Part shown: positions 49,882-63,476 of the stretch, piece after piece | Layout: each line of letters begins with the position of its first letter | Position numbering within the stretch: the stretch's first letter is position 1 | Origin: Octopus sinensis | Lineage: Eukaryota | Assembly (NCBI RefSeq): GCF_006345805.1 | Contig: NC_043004.1 | Coordinates: 35,774,001 to 35,838,000, forward strand | Reading direction: 5' to 3' | DNA: 64,000 bases | Notes under the pieces: generated by a model | Database searches by the model: none | What the model saw: the letters and a program-made list of their open reading frames with translations, nothing else | Told to the model about the DNA's origin: nothing | Position numbers and translations under genes: made by a program

Positions 49882-50544
49882 CTATTCACACATATTCTAA
49901 TGCATATGCATATATGTGTATATATTTATAATGTGTGTGTATTATAGATGCATACATTATATATATATAAAAGATGTTTACATACAATATATATATATGT
50001 TATATACATCTACATGTATATGTATGTATGAATATATAAGTACCACAGAATTTGAATCAAACTGTTTTGATCCATACATACACACACACACCAACACTAC
50101 CATCCATGAGACATCCTAACATAATCAATACTACTACTACTATCATCATCATTATCATCATCATCCACTGCCGCCACCACCACCTCTACAAAAACACCAA
50201 CACTATAATTGCTGCCATCATACACATCCACTATCACCACTACCACCATTGCCATGATAACCACATCTACCACAGCTGTTTGCTTACTGCTTACCCACTC
50301 ACAAAATAGCTATCTACATCACATTAACACTATGCAGCTAATTATTTTCAAATGAAAACAGACAATACGATTGGTTAAAATTCGCAGATTTAAACTACGT
50401 TTAAACTTATAAAATACATTTTTGTCAAAAAAACTAGTAGAAATTATTGTTTTCTTTTGACACATTCTACCAGTATACGAAGTTTCAAATTATTTAGTTA
50501 GCTAGAAAAATCTGAAAAATCTGGCTTTCAAAAAGAAAAGATCC
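49472..50544. mobile_element. TIR element: ~170-bp inverted ends, 5-bp flanking direct repeat GATTT
   Basis: GATTT|GGATCTTTTCTTTTTGAAAGCCAGA ... TCTGGCTTTCAAAAAGAAAAGATCC|GATTT; shared block tttgaaacttcgtatactggtagaatgtgtcaaaag in both ends. Confidence 0.7.
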
Positions 50545-50799
50545 GATTTGTATACTCAGTCCGAAATATGGCCCTTTTAGTATTCATATTCGCGTTCCAC
50601 ATTTTTTTTTACACCAATTAGACTGGTTTTATTTTTCGCTTTAGTGACCGGGCACTGCTGCGATCCTTTTGCTAGAAATGATACAAAAACAAACAAAACA
50701 ACTGTTCAATTTTTACACTATGGCAGCGGGATGGCTGGGGGATTTTGGGTTGGAGTTTTTCATTAAAAATTTGAAACTAAAATTTGAATTTGCTTATTT

Positions 50800-51100
50800 T
50801 CCACATGAGAAGGGGCCAGAATTTTGACAATTTTGCTGTACTTGAGAAGACATGGCAAACTAGGTAAAATTGTTATCGTCCATACATACAGGTGCTGGTG
50901 CCACATAAAATGCATCCATGTCTGTGGCACGTCAAAAGCACCCAGCACATTCTGTAATATGGTTGGCATTAGGAAGGGTATCCATCTACAGAAACCATGC
51001 TGCAACAGATAATTGGAGTCTGGACAGCAGCCATCACCATGTCAAACCGTCCAACCCATGCCAGCATAGAAAATGGAAGTTGTTATGATGATGATGATGA
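50800..51100 (+). mobile_element. RTE 3' tail fragment
   Basis: Family tail followed by (GAT)n. Confidence 0.75.
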
Positions 51101-51329
51101 ATCCCTGAGAATATCAAGGAAATATTCTTGAAACTCTTTTCTCTTGCTACTTGTAAACAGAAAACAGCTAAGTTCCATAAACCCACTGCAAATGCTAGGA
51201 CTTGGCAATTGGTTTCATAGTTGCCTCCCTTATTACACAAGTTCAGCTTTCACAATGCTAGCTAGAAGTAATATAGTGCTACTTATATTCAAATTGTACT
51301 GTACAGTTAAAATGTATTTCTTTACTGCC

Positions 51330-51510
51330 ACATAGAGGGGACAAACAGATTAAGTCGATTACATCGACTCCAGTTGGAAACTGGTACTTTATTTATCGAC
51401 CCCGAAAGGATGAAAGGCAAAGTCGACCTTGGCGGAATTTGAACTCAGAACGTAACGACAGACGAAATACGGCTACGCATTTCGCCTGGCGTGCTAACGT
51501 TTCTGCCAGT
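51330..51510 (-). mobile_element. SINE family 1
   Basis: Reverse complement of the 23765 copy, with a deletion in the tail. Confidence 0.85.
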
Positions 51511-51607
51511 TAAAAATGATGGATCTGACAAGTTCTGAATGATATTAAACAGCCACACAATATGCTGACAAAATAGTTCAGTGATGTATTTGTACATGCA
51601 TACTAAT

Positions 51608-51917
51608 CACTGTGATCACCGTGACCGACCAGGCTATCAGATGTTGCTACACATCGCTGGTCACAATGCGGTTCGCATTATTTTTTTAGCCTTCAGATGA
51701 TGCCACCCCGCTGGCTAAGCAAGCAGGCTAACAGAAGAGAGAGTGAGAGAAAGTTGTGGTGAAAGAATACAGCAGGGATCGCCACCACCCCCTGCCGAAG
51801 CCTCATGGAGCTTTAGGTGTTTTCACTCAATAAACACTCACAACGCCCGGTCTGAGAATCGAAACCGCGATCCTACAACCGCGAGTCTGCTGCCCTAACC
51901 ACTAGGCCATTGCGCCT
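51608..51917 (-). mobile_element. SINE family 3, tRNA-derived, full length
   Basis: Minus-strand head aggcgcaaTGGCCTAGTGGttaggg...GGTTTCGATTCTC carries Pol III A and B boxes, followed by a ~230-bp body. Confidence 0.8.
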
Positions 51918-52837
51918 TCACACATGCATACTAATGTGTTAACATTATTTATTATTAAACTATCAATTGAATTTTTTTGATAATTAGATTGTGTGAGGCT
52001 TTCCATTTTTGTGTTATAGAAAAACATGTGTGCAGGGTGATTCAAACGTCTCGTAAGCATTTTGATGTTGTTACCATTTAAATGATAAAAGACCCCTCTC
52101 ACTCGTGTGTGTGTGTGTGCAATGTGAATCTAAATTTTTACTTAATTGGCATTTCATGTCTCTGGTGTTTTAACTGTTTTGTCCTGTATTTTGACAACTG
52201 TTTTGGAATTTGTATTATCCAATATGATACTGAAACACCGTAATTTTATCCTTGTTTGTTTTAAGGATACTTATCATTTCTGCAGTTTGGTGACTAGCTG
52301 TAGCAACTGACAACAAGGATGATTGTGTTAGTTACAATAATGGAATGGCTGATTTAAGCAAAATCTGTTGAGATGGTTTTTATTTCATTTAGGTCATACA
52401 GTTCTCCAAGCAGAATTTATATGTCTTGCTTGCATTTTGATGGCACCTCTTGTTTGTTTATAGTTATAAAGCCTATCAAATGATTACTTCTTCACTTTGT
52501 ATTTAGGCTATGTCTTTTATTAATGGCTGATCTTTACAATTTATCAAAAATAGGACATCAATATCGACAGATTAAATTCAGTTGATTCATCACCTTCTCT
52601 TCCAATATTAGTTTTCCATATTCAAAAATTCTTGGTCCAAAATGTGACAGTTAAATAAATATAAAGAGAATGATCTTGCTTACAATTTATATACAGCTGG
52701 CATTGTATAGCCCTAGGTCAATCCTGATCAAAGATATCTAAGATCAAAGGGGTTCCAACCATGACATACCCTTTCTTTTCAGATATATCTCAGACTACAT
52801 CATTTTTTATGTTGTTCCCTTTTTCAAAATTCTACAA

Positions 52838-53250
52838 GCTTGGCTGTGTGGCTTAGATGTTTGCTTTCTAATCACGTGGTTTCTGGTTCAGTCCCACTGC
52901 TCAACAACTTGGGCAAGTGTCTACTCTAGCTCCAGGTTGACCAAAGCCTTGTGACTGAATTTTGGCAGATGGAAACTATGTAGAAGCCCATTACACACAC
53001 ACACACATATATATGAAATGTGCTTGTATATAAGTATGTGTGTGCGTGTAAGGGTGCATGCATCTTTTTGAGTTGACAATGGGCAATAGCAGGAAATGAG
53101 TGTCACCCATTCATTTCCAATATTCTGTGAAAACATAAATGGCCATGATGAAATGTCACCTTGCTTGGAATCACGTGAGGATTGATGACAGAAAAGGATC
53201 ATAGAAAATCTGCCACAACAAACTCCATACAAGCATAGAAATGTGAGGAG
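52838..53250 (+). mobile_element. SINE family 2-like head with an alternative tail
   Basis: 'ggttcagtcccactg...ttgggcaagtgtct...' followed by an internal microsatellite. Confidence 0.65.
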
Positions 53251-53535
53251 AATGATCGCGAATTTCTTCTCATGAAAGAGAAGATGAGGACTCAAATATC
53301 AGCCATCCAAATAACCGGATTACATATCTAGGGTCAAGCTAGTTTAGCATTTAGTCATTGTTTGTGTGTGCATGTATATTAGCACCAGTGAGGAAATAAA
53401 AGTTTTTCAAAAGGTTTTAAACTTGGTTGATTTTGTCTTTCGTCTTTGAGTTGACAAAATATGCAGAACTTAAGCATTGAGGGCAATCGATCTCATTCCT
53501 CCCCTAAAAAATCTATCCTTGTGCTTGATCAATAA

Positions 53536-53586
<51 letters not shown>

Positions 53587-53729
53587 CATTATTATTATTA
53601 TTATTATTATTATCATTATTATTATATTATTATTATTATTATTATTATTATATTATTATTATTATATTATTATTATTATTTATTATCATTATTATTATCA
53701 TTATTATTATTATATTATTATTATCATTA

Positions 53730-53819
<90 letters not shown>

Positions 53820-53833
53820 CATCATCATTATCA
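53536..53833. repeat. (ATT)n microsatellite, ~300 bp
   Basis: Directly visible. Confidence 0.95.
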
Positions 53834-53835
53834 TT

Positions 53836-54380
53836 GAGGCAGTGAGCTGGCAGAGTCATTAGCAATGATGGGTAAAATACTTCATTGTCATTTTGCCCAT
53901 CTCTATGTTCTGAGTCTGATTTCAAATTCTGCTGAGGTTGACTTCACTTTTCATCCTTTCAGGGTCACTGAAATGAATACCAGATAACTACTGGAGTTGA
54001 TGTAATTGATTATCCACCTCCCAAAACATTTCAGGCCTTGTGCCTAGATTAGAAAGGATTAAGATTATCATTATTAATATTATATAGACATTTGATAGTT
54101 TCAGACAAATATAAAGCATCACCCGCTTACATTTCCGTGTTGCTGAGGTGTGTGCAGCGTAGTGTGTTCTTGAAATGTTTAGCAGTATTTCACCTGTCAC
54201 TACATTCTGAGTTCAAATTAAGCCAAGGTTGACTTTGCCTTTCATTCTTTCAGGGTTGATAACATAAGTACCAGCCAAGTACTAGGCTGAATGTGATTGT
54301 CTTCCCACTCACAAAAAAAAAAATAATTTCAGGCCTTGTGCCTGAAAGGATTATTATCATTATTATTGTTGTTATTATTA
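53836..54380 (+). mobile_element. Two SINE family 1 variant copies
   Basis: Both contain 'ttctgagt...gttgact...ttcat.ctttcaggg' and the 'ggccttgtgcct' tail. Confidence 0.7.
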
Positions 54381-56252
54381 TTTAAAATAATGATTTCCAT
54401 TTAGTTCCCACAATCTACATCTTTTCTAAAACTCCAGAATGTTGTAAACCTCAGAATTTCTAATGAACCTTAATTCTAAGAGAAATGTGATTCCTATTCT
54501 TCACCTAGCCATTTGGGAAGCAGTTCTATAGCATGATGCTAACTAGGGCAGTACTTCATTCAAAGACAGAGTTTTCATGATATGAAATCTAATGATAGGA
54601 ATTTTCAATACAGAAATTTTAATGTGTGTAATAACTGGTGTTTATTTTGCTCTTAATGTTACTACAGAGGCAAAACTGAAATAAAAAAACAAAAATGAAA
54701 AAATATAACTTAGTCTTTCTAGCAATAACTGTTTAATAAACAGAAAAAATAATGAATTAGAATTCAGTGCTGACAATGTGTAACATGTTTGTCTTGCTGT
54801 CTGTGGCCAGTAACATCATCTATTGATACACAGCAATAAAATAAAAAAACAAACAAACACCACTGTTCTCTGGATATTTGTACAACATAAAGAAACTAAA
54901 ATAAAATTAATTGGATGCTGAAGACCCACTCCCATACATACACACACCAAAACAGAAAGAAAAATGTAACTGATTGATAATAAATGACAAAAGAAAAACA
55001 AAATGTTCTGAAATTATACAATGGAGGACAGAGAAAAGTAAAACTAAAAAATTGCACAAGTATTTCATCTTCTGCGTGAAAAAAATCAAATTTCATATTT
55101 GCAGCAAGGAGAGCATTTATTGTTCCTAAAAGACATTACATACCATGAACTGGATCTAAGATTTGTTTTGGCAAAAGCGAAATATTGTATGAGAACTCAC
55201 AGGTGGTTGTTTAAAGAATTTAATTGTTCCATTTAAAAATTTATTGGAATTTTACAGTAAGAACAATTAAAGAGTGACTTGTAGAGATTTTTCCAGATTG
55301 TTGAAAAGTTAATCATTCTGTAAAGAGGAAGGTTTGTTGTGAAATAGATGTGTATTTGTTTAGTAAACCAAAAATGATAGTAAGATGGATTGCAATTGAT
55401 TTTTGAAAAATATTGTTGCAGTAAGAGCTGTTAAGAAATGAATCCCAGGAATTGGAGCTTCCTAAATTTTCCAGTAATTATAAGGAGATTCAATTTACTA
55501 GAAATCAACTAGATTCTTTTCTTCTAAAAATTATCAGAAAAAAAGTTATTTTTAATTGAACTGATTCTATAGAATTCAATATTGTGAGTCAATAGCAAAG
55601 AATGAAATTCCATTGCATTCATTTAAAATATTTATTGTCACCCCAGAGAAATGAATCTCCAGATTGCAATGGAATTGCCATTAGGATTTCATATTTTCCT
55701 GAAATTTACAATTCTGGCTTGATCGTTTTATCTTTTATATTGAACAATATAGTGAAGATTTAGGCTAGAATAAGAATAAATTGATTTTACAAAAATAAAT
55801 TATAATCATAGAATTTTGAGAATGCAGAAATAATTTTTAAAGGGATGTTTTAATTCAATAGAATATGGGCATTTACACACACACACACACACACATACCT
55901 TTATTTAACCTCAGTGTTCCATGCTGGCATGGGTTGTACTATGTGACAAGGATTCAATGAATCCAAAGACTGTACTGTACTCCAAGGTCTGCTATGGCAC
56001 ACATTCTACACTACGTGCCCTTCATAATGCTAACCCCTTTACAATATGTGCTGGGTATAGTTTTCTTGCCACCAGAACTATCAAGGTCACCATGCAGCTC
56101 GCAAGAACTCTGATGGAGGGGAAAGGTATGAGGGTTTAAAGTATGATAGAAGAGAGGAGGACAAAGCAGGTACATGTAGAAGAGCTGCATGGTTTTTCAC
56201 ATTTAGTAAAGGAGGGAGAGAATAATCACAAGGAGTTTCAAAGAGACAGAGA

Positions 56253-56290
<38 letters not shown>

Positions 56291-56295
<5 letters not shown>

Positions 56296-56666
56296 CCAAA
56301 AACTATAGTATTAAATATCCATCACGGCTGATCTTACCAATTGGTTTTGCATAAAGAATACAATGGAGTGTTAGATAAAAATCTCATTATATAACTTTAC
56401 ACTCATCAGAGTTAGCCGATATGGAAGGGAATATGGTGAGCAGTCGCCATCTGCCTTTAATATTGGCTAACTCTGATGGATGTAAAGTTATATAACTGGA
56501 TTGTTACTTAACACTCCATTGTATTGTTTATATGAAACCGATTGGTAAGATCAGCAGTGATGGATATTTCATACTATACTTTTCGGATAATACACCCACT
56601 CTACTGACAGATATAGGAGTGCATCTTTTCCCTGACTTATAGTATCTTAGATGACTCACATATGCC

Positions 56667-56667
<1 letters not shown>
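56291..56667 (+). mobile_element. Fold-back PLE pseudo-LTR with hammerhead motif, in (TA)n
   Basis: Diverged arms 56291-56423 and 56459-56591; ~75-nt tail with cactc...gagtg hairpin. CTGATGA on the left arm (minus strand, 56403-56409); GAAACCGATTGGTA on the right arm (56534-56547). Confidence 0.75.
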
Positions 56668-56711
<44 letters not shown>

Positions 56712-56830
56712 AGCTGTTGAAAACCATGCCAAATCAGACTGGAGTCTGGTGCAGCCTTCCTGCCTTCCAGCCCAGTCAAACCGTCCAACCCATGCCAGCT
56801 TGGACAACGGATGTTAAATGATGATGATGA

Positions 56831-56861
<31 letters not shown>

Positions 56862-56914
56862 CAACTCATAAATAAGGAAAACATAACAATATGTGTGTGC
56901 GTGTGCACATGTAA

Positions 56915-57070
56915 GGCGTGAGTTTGTAGTAAGAAGTGTGCTTCTCAACTACAAGGTTCCAGGTTCAGTCCCACTATGCAGCACTTTGAACAAGTATCTT
57001 CTAGTATAACCCCGGGCCGTCCATAACCATGTGAATGGATTTGGTAGACAGAAACTGAAAGGAAGCACGT

Positions 57071-57106
<36 letters not shown>

Positions 57107-57303
57107 TAAATATATGTATGGTTAAGTATATATATGTATATATGTGTGTCTTTGTGTTTTCCTTCACCAGCGCTTGACAGCCGGTGTTGGTTTGTTTACA
57201 CTTTCGTAACTTAGCGATTCGGCAAAAAGAGGCTGCAGATAGAATAAGTACCAGGTTTCACTGGAGTAGATTTGTTCGATTAAGCCTTTAAGGCAGTGCC
57301 CCA
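56915..57303 (+). mobile_element. SINE family 2
   Basis: Diverged copy of 58628-59070. Confidence 0.8.
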
Positions 57304-57439
57304 GTTATATATATATAACTAGAATGGGAGAAAGCGCTAATGATCTAAGTGATATGATATATATATATAAAAAATGTAATATATAAATAAATATTTGTAA
57401 ATATAAACCATCCAATCTTCTGATTACCTCATTTCTTCT

Positions 57440-57464
57440 AATATATATATATATATAATATATA

Positions 57465-57502
<38 letters not shown>

Positions 57503-57535
57503 GTATATGTATATGTATATATATGTATATATATA

Positions 57536-57570
<35 letters not shown>

Positions 57571-57571
57571 A

Positions 57572-57630
<59 letters not shown>

Positions 57631-57651
57631 ATATATATACATATATATATA

Positions 57652-57682
<31 letters not shown>

Positions 57683-57708
57683 GTGTGTGTATATATATAT
57701 ATATACAC
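57440..57708. repeat. (TA)n/(TATATG)n/(TG)n compound microsatellite
   Basis: Directly visible. Confidence 0.95.
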
Positions 57709-57709
57709 A

Positions 57710-57931
57710 GGGTGGCAAGCTGGCAGAATCACTAGCATGCTGGGCGAAATGCTTAGCAGTATTTCGTCTGCCGTTACGATCTGAGTTCAATTTCTGCCAA
57801 GGTCGATTTTGCCTTTCATCCTCTCGGGGTCGATTAAAAAAGTATCATTTATGCAATGGGTCGATGTAATTGGCTTAATCCCTTTGTTTGTCCTCCCTAT
57901 ATTTAGCCCCCTGTGTTTGCAATAAAGAAAT
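57710..57931 (+). mobile_element. SINE family 1, full length
   Basis: Matches the 23765 copy. Confidence 0.85.
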
Positions 57932-58627
57932 ATATATATAATGCTTGATCCTAATTAACAAATATTTAGTATCTATTTCATCATGGATTACTAACAAAGA
58001 ATCCCCAGTAAAACAAAGCCAAAACACCTGATATCGTATCTGTGTATGACAGATCAAAGCTATTACTATGATACTTCTTTTTCTTTTTACACGTGTGATA
58101 CTTTTAAGATTCAATATTTCTGGTCATGTCTGTAAAAGATGTTCAACTGTCAGCCAAACATCAGTTTTTACAAATTGTCACTATTAACTGCATCATACCC
58201 GCCCCCTTTGCAGTACTTGCTTGCTGTTAGGTAGATTGCGCAGTTGTAAAACTGTATTAGTGAGGAAATATAAGTACCTGCATGTGTGGGTATGTGTGTG
58301 TGTGTTTGTCTATGCATGTACATATGTGTGTGTGTCTATGCATGTACATGTGTGTGTGTGTTTATCTTGTTTGGAAACAGCTGATGGTCCACTCTGTAGC
58401 CACTCAGAGGTTTCTATCACATGCACTCTTTTCGTAAGTATCAAACTCACCATATAATCCTGGTGAAAATTTAGTTAAATTGATTCTCATTGGATAGGGG
58501 CAGTCAGGTGGACAGCTGTTCTTGGTACCCAACCAAGTCATTTTTTTTTGTGTATTTCTTTTTAAGTGAAAGCTAAGTTCAAATTTCTAACAGTCTGATT
58601 TTATTTTCTTATACAGAGTTAAGCATA

Positions 58628-58790
58628 GGCGCAGGAGTGGCTGTGTGGTAAGTAGCTTGCTAACCAACCACATGGTTCCGGGTTCAGTCCCACTGCGTGG
58701 CACCTTCGGCAAGTGTCTTCTGCTATAGCCCTGGGCCAACCAATGCCTTGTGAGTGGATTTGGTAGACGAAAACTGAAAGAAGCCTGTCG

Positions 58791-58871
<81 letters not shown>

Positions 58872-59072
58872 TTGTGTGTCTGTGTTTGTCCCCCTAGCTT
58901 TGCTTGACAACTGATGCTGGTGTGTTTACGTCCCCGTCACTTAGTGGTTTGGCAAAAGAGACCGATAGAATAAGTACTGGGCTTACAAAGAATAAGTCCC
59001 GGGGTCGATCTGCTCGACTAAAGGCGGTGCTCCAGCATGGCTGCAGTCAAATGACTGAAACAAGTAAAATAG
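58628..59072 (+). mobile_element. SINE family 2 (tRNA-derived, CORE-like 'ggcaagt' block, internal microsatellite), full length
   Basis: A box TGGCTGTGTGG, B box GGTTCAGTCCC, internal (TA)n(TG)n, tail 'cagcatggctgcagtcaaatgactgaaacaagtaaaa'. Confidence 0.9.
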
Positions 59073-60755
59073 TATAGTAATTAGTATAGTTAAGTATGGC
59101 TGCAATCTAATGACTGAAACAAGTAAACGTTAGAAAATAAAACAGAACAGACAACTGCATCAGTTCATGTCAGACTACAGATGAGTCTTGTCCTTGTTTC
59201 ATATTGCATCCATGATGGAAAGAACCCTGCAGGGAAAATACAGATTGTGATGTTTATTTCAAGAGATTCTGTATGTTCGAGTAATAGCAGTGAGATCACT
59301 TCTCTAGAAATTCTACCACTTCTGTAGCTAACATGAGAAGACGTGGCTTGTTTATGAAAGACTCCTGCAGAACATCAGTTAATGCTCAACAGTCTGTTTC
59401 TAACAAGACTTCTATGGAGATACACTATTTATTCAAGGAAGCCATAGGAAGGATTGAAAATGGTGAAAAGCAAAAAGAATTAAATGAATTTTACATTTCT
59501 TCAGATTTAATTTTCTTTATTGTATTTCACTTAGGAAACAGAGATTTCTAGTTGCAAGTGAAAAGATGTCTCAATAACTAATTTTGACCATTTTGTAATA
59601 ATAGATGCTATGTAATCATCAGTCTTCAGAATTTCAGCTGCTGCTTATGAACTCATAATGTGAAACCACAGTTCTTTACAGCATAAAATTCAAATGGCCT
59701 ATGTATTAATGAAGAAACTTTTTTCCTTCGTTTTATTTTCCTTTTTTGAAAAATATAAAATAATATAATTTTAATTATACATGAAATTCCCAAGAGTATG
59801 TAGATAAATTTTTTTTTAAATACTAAAATAAAATAAAACAAGATATCTTATCAAGTTTTAAAATTATGTAATTATCTTTTATATAATGAATTGATGAACT
59901 AAAAGATATGGAATGCATTTTTACAAATATAAAGAACAAATATACAATTTAAGTTAAAGAATTACAAAAACTGAAGGAAAAGAACTATTTCAAAATGAAA
60001 CTAGGTATTGCATTAAAAAGAGAAATACTAAATTACTTGTGACTGTTGTTATGATTGATGTTGTTGTTGATGGTGGTGGTGTTAGTTGCATTATATTTTT
60101 TCTCTTACAATGAGGTCCATTAGGTATTCATTTAATGAATTATAATGCTTCAAGATATTTCAGAATTTTCATACCATCCTTTAGTGATGCTCTGATGCTT
60201 TTTAATTTTAAAAAAATATATATATGAAAACCAGAATATTAAAAAAAAAGAGAAATTATATCAATTATCACAAAAAAAAAATGTTTAAAAAATAAAAATG
60301 AATGTGAAAAAATATTAGATACACTCCATTCTTATTAGACGTAAGTGCAAAATGGTCTTTGAGCATTGAAAATAATGGAGAGGTGAGAACATGTTTACTT
60401 ATCTAAGTCTCTATTGGGATGACGGAAGATAAAGGGAATAAAAACAAACAAAAGAAAGGAGAAACGAGATGCTAGTCGCAGTTTTGCAAAATAATAATTA
60501 TGTCCTTATGGGTTAGTAATTGTGAAACAATTGAAAGAAAAGATAAGGGAAACATGTTCATAAAAGACAAAAGAAATCCTATTTAAAGATACAAAATTAT
60601 ATAAAATCAAATTAAACCAATTAAAATAAAATAAATTTTCTTTTTTTTGGTGCGCTATGGAATTATCTACATGCTGAAACTAAAATTTATCTTTACTTAT
60701 TTGGTTTTTTTGGGGGGGTTTTTGCTCATATATATATCTGTATAGTACTTAAAAC

Positions 60756-60804
<49 letters not shown>

Positions 60805-61663
60805 GTGATTATGTTTGTGTGTGTATACACACACACACACATAGGCATGTGCACATGCATATCTGTGTGTATGTATGTTTACTTTACAATGGAATGGATG
60901 CACAGCAGTTTTGACAATGTGCCTCATCAGCAATATGGACTTTCTTTCATAAGAACTGTAATATTTTTCATGAACTAGTTTACAAATACATTTAAAAATA
61001 CATGTGGGTGTACGTAATTTTATGCATAATCTGCACACACACACACACATATACAAATTTATTTCCCAAATGTACAATGACTTCCTAAATATGTTTCCAC
61101 ATGTAATAGTGTACAATATTGTCGATTCTTACATGTTTATTTTGGCAAGAACTGTGAAGTGTATGATTTACTGAGGATATCCGATGAAGCTGAAACATGT
61201 TTATAGTTGTTTCCCATATTTACTGCAAAATGATTAAAATAAAATTGACTATTGCCTTTTCTTCATCATGATAGTATTTCTAATTAAATATTTATGGTCT
61301 TCAACCTCATCAGTTTAATAAAATTCACATTATTAGATGATGACCACAATGCTCAGAAATCCTTTTCCCAAGACAAATTGCAACAATGTTTTGTTGCAAA
61401 CTGAATTCTAACTTGCAGCATCACCTCATAGACATCAGTTACAAATATTTCTTGGGAATATTAACTGTGCTGGGTTAAGTTCATCTTAACTAAGTTCATC
61501 ATGGTCATGGTACTAAATAGTGACATGACAAGAAGAATCATCAAATATTAGGTTGGCATCTAATTAACTGATATAGGATCAGCATTCTGCATGATAAAAC
61601 ATTTAAAATTCAACTTGCTGCTGTAATAATCAAATACACAAAAACAGAACAAACAAATCTTAG

Positions 61664-62239
61664 TTAGAAATAATCCCAGTGTGGAGAGTTAGGTGGCCTG
61701 ATGTTAGGAGTTATGTGGTTGCAGAAATTGCCTGACAGCCATGACTGAGTTCTCCTGCTTGTGTGGCATGATGCAGAGTCCTGTTGCCAGGCATAGGGTC
61801 TTCTAGCAGCTACCCTCTTGACCCAGGACAGCACTACCTCCTCCAGGTACTTGATGTAGGCCTCCATGCTGAGTCTGAAGCCGTGTGAGAAGATGAATGG
61901 AAGCATAACGTTGCTATCACTAGTGATCACTCCAAACACTATGATGTTGACTGGATGTTTGATTTTTATCACTCTTGGTACATGTCCTTAGACTACACTG
62001 ACTTCAGATTGACACCCAAACACTCTGAAATGTTCATACTGGAAGTTTTGGTATGAATGCCAAGCAGTATAGCATGTCATTTCCAAATTTCTGGCAGAGT
62101 GAGTTTTGTCATGATGCTTTTTTTCTCACAGATGGTGCCCAACCGACCCTACTATACTGTATAGTTGACGAAATCAAAAGCAATGTGCATGTGCAAAATT
62201 TAAAATTTAAAATGGTGACAGTTTACTCATCACACCCTG
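61664..62239 (-). mobile_element. maT-type (DD37D) Tc1/mariner element, internally deleted
   Basis: Peptide KHPVNIIVFGVITSD...WQQDSASCHTS...RPPNSP..DY; 5' TIR TA|CAGGGTGTGATGAGTAAA on the minus strand at 62239. The DD37D call rests on recalled family similarity, since this copy has a deletion in the last motif. Confidence 0.8.
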
Positions 62240-62365
62240 TATATAAACAGCTAGACACAATGTGATGCCACAAAGGAAAAATTCAATCATCACTAAGTGT
62301 GACTAAAGATGTCGGAGCACCTACATTGCTAGAAATAAGAATACATACACACATACATACATACA

Positions 62366-62402
<37 letters not shown>

Positions 62403-63170
62403 GGTTACCATGAGTATTCAAAGTTTGTCACCTGTTCATGGTTAAATAACATGAAGGAGAAGACTGCCTTTTGATCTGTATGATGCTTGGAGTACCTGTT
62501 GATAATAGAGAAAAGGTTGTTATGTCTCCATTGGAAGACAAACTTAATGTCTCGGTTCATTGGTCTATTATATAAGGAAGGGCAGGAGGTGCTTGTGGTG
62601 GGTGTGGGTGTGGTGGGAGTTAAAGCATGTCATCATTTGGTAAGGAAAGTAACTGTAGGAAGAAGAGTCAGAGATGGCACTAAACCTTGCAATACACTTA
62701 TCAAACAGTCCAACTGATGCCAACATGAACATGAACAGTAAGTGATGATGAGAGTAATAGTAAATTTGGGTGGCAAACGATTTCATCTCTGCACCATCAA
62801 TGTCTATGAAGATTAGCTGCAAGGTTTGGAATTGATCAACCCTTTTAATACCAACTTGGCTGAACCTGCCCCTGGCTCTGTAGTACAAATGTCTTGTATT
62901 CAAAAGTTCTGAGTTAAAATCTTCCAACAAACCTTAGTCACAATTTATGTTCCAGACACTAACTTAATGATAACTAAGTTATTTTGCTAAATTCTTTATT
63001 ATATTTTAAATTAATTGAAAGAAACACAGAACATCTCAACAGAAATATGGTAACAAAAGGGTTAAATATATGAAAGTTCCCAAATAAGATGACTTCAGAG
63101 AGAAGCAAAGTGAAACAGATATCTTCAATATACAAAGTGTGGTGGCTAAATTCTAGTGATGATTGGAGAT

Positions 63171-63476
63171 GGAGTAAAGATTGTTTGCCAACATAACATG
63201 GCAGTCCTGGTTTAGGATAAATGTTGCTGTAATTTAGCCCCAGGAGACATCGTCTCCAGCTGGCTGTATTTTATAATCTGTGTCCTTATATTTTCGAACA
63301 ATATAAGGACACAGATCATGTCGTATAACCAGCTGGAGATGATGTATCCTGGGGCTAAATAACAGCAACATTCGTCCTAAACCAGGACTGCCATGTTATG
63401 TTGGCAAACAATCTTTACTCCAAAGTACTATTGCTGAATATCTCTCGTTGTGAGGTTTACAAATAGTAATTTTCTA
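63171..63476 (+). mobile_element. Hairpin family A copy with 12-13 bp target-site duplication
   Basis: Arms 63171-63292 and 63300-63421; 55-nt tail; direct repeat atgattggagat(g) at 63159 and 63477. Confidence 0.8.

Noticed and set aside
51840-51917. tRNA gene
   Set aside because: The tRNA-like head continues into a SINE body, and the acceptor stem is not intact.
61170-61210. CTGAGGA...GAAACATGTT hammerhead-like motif
   Set aside because: No stem II pairing, only a 2-bp stem I and no fold-back context; at best a decayed relic.
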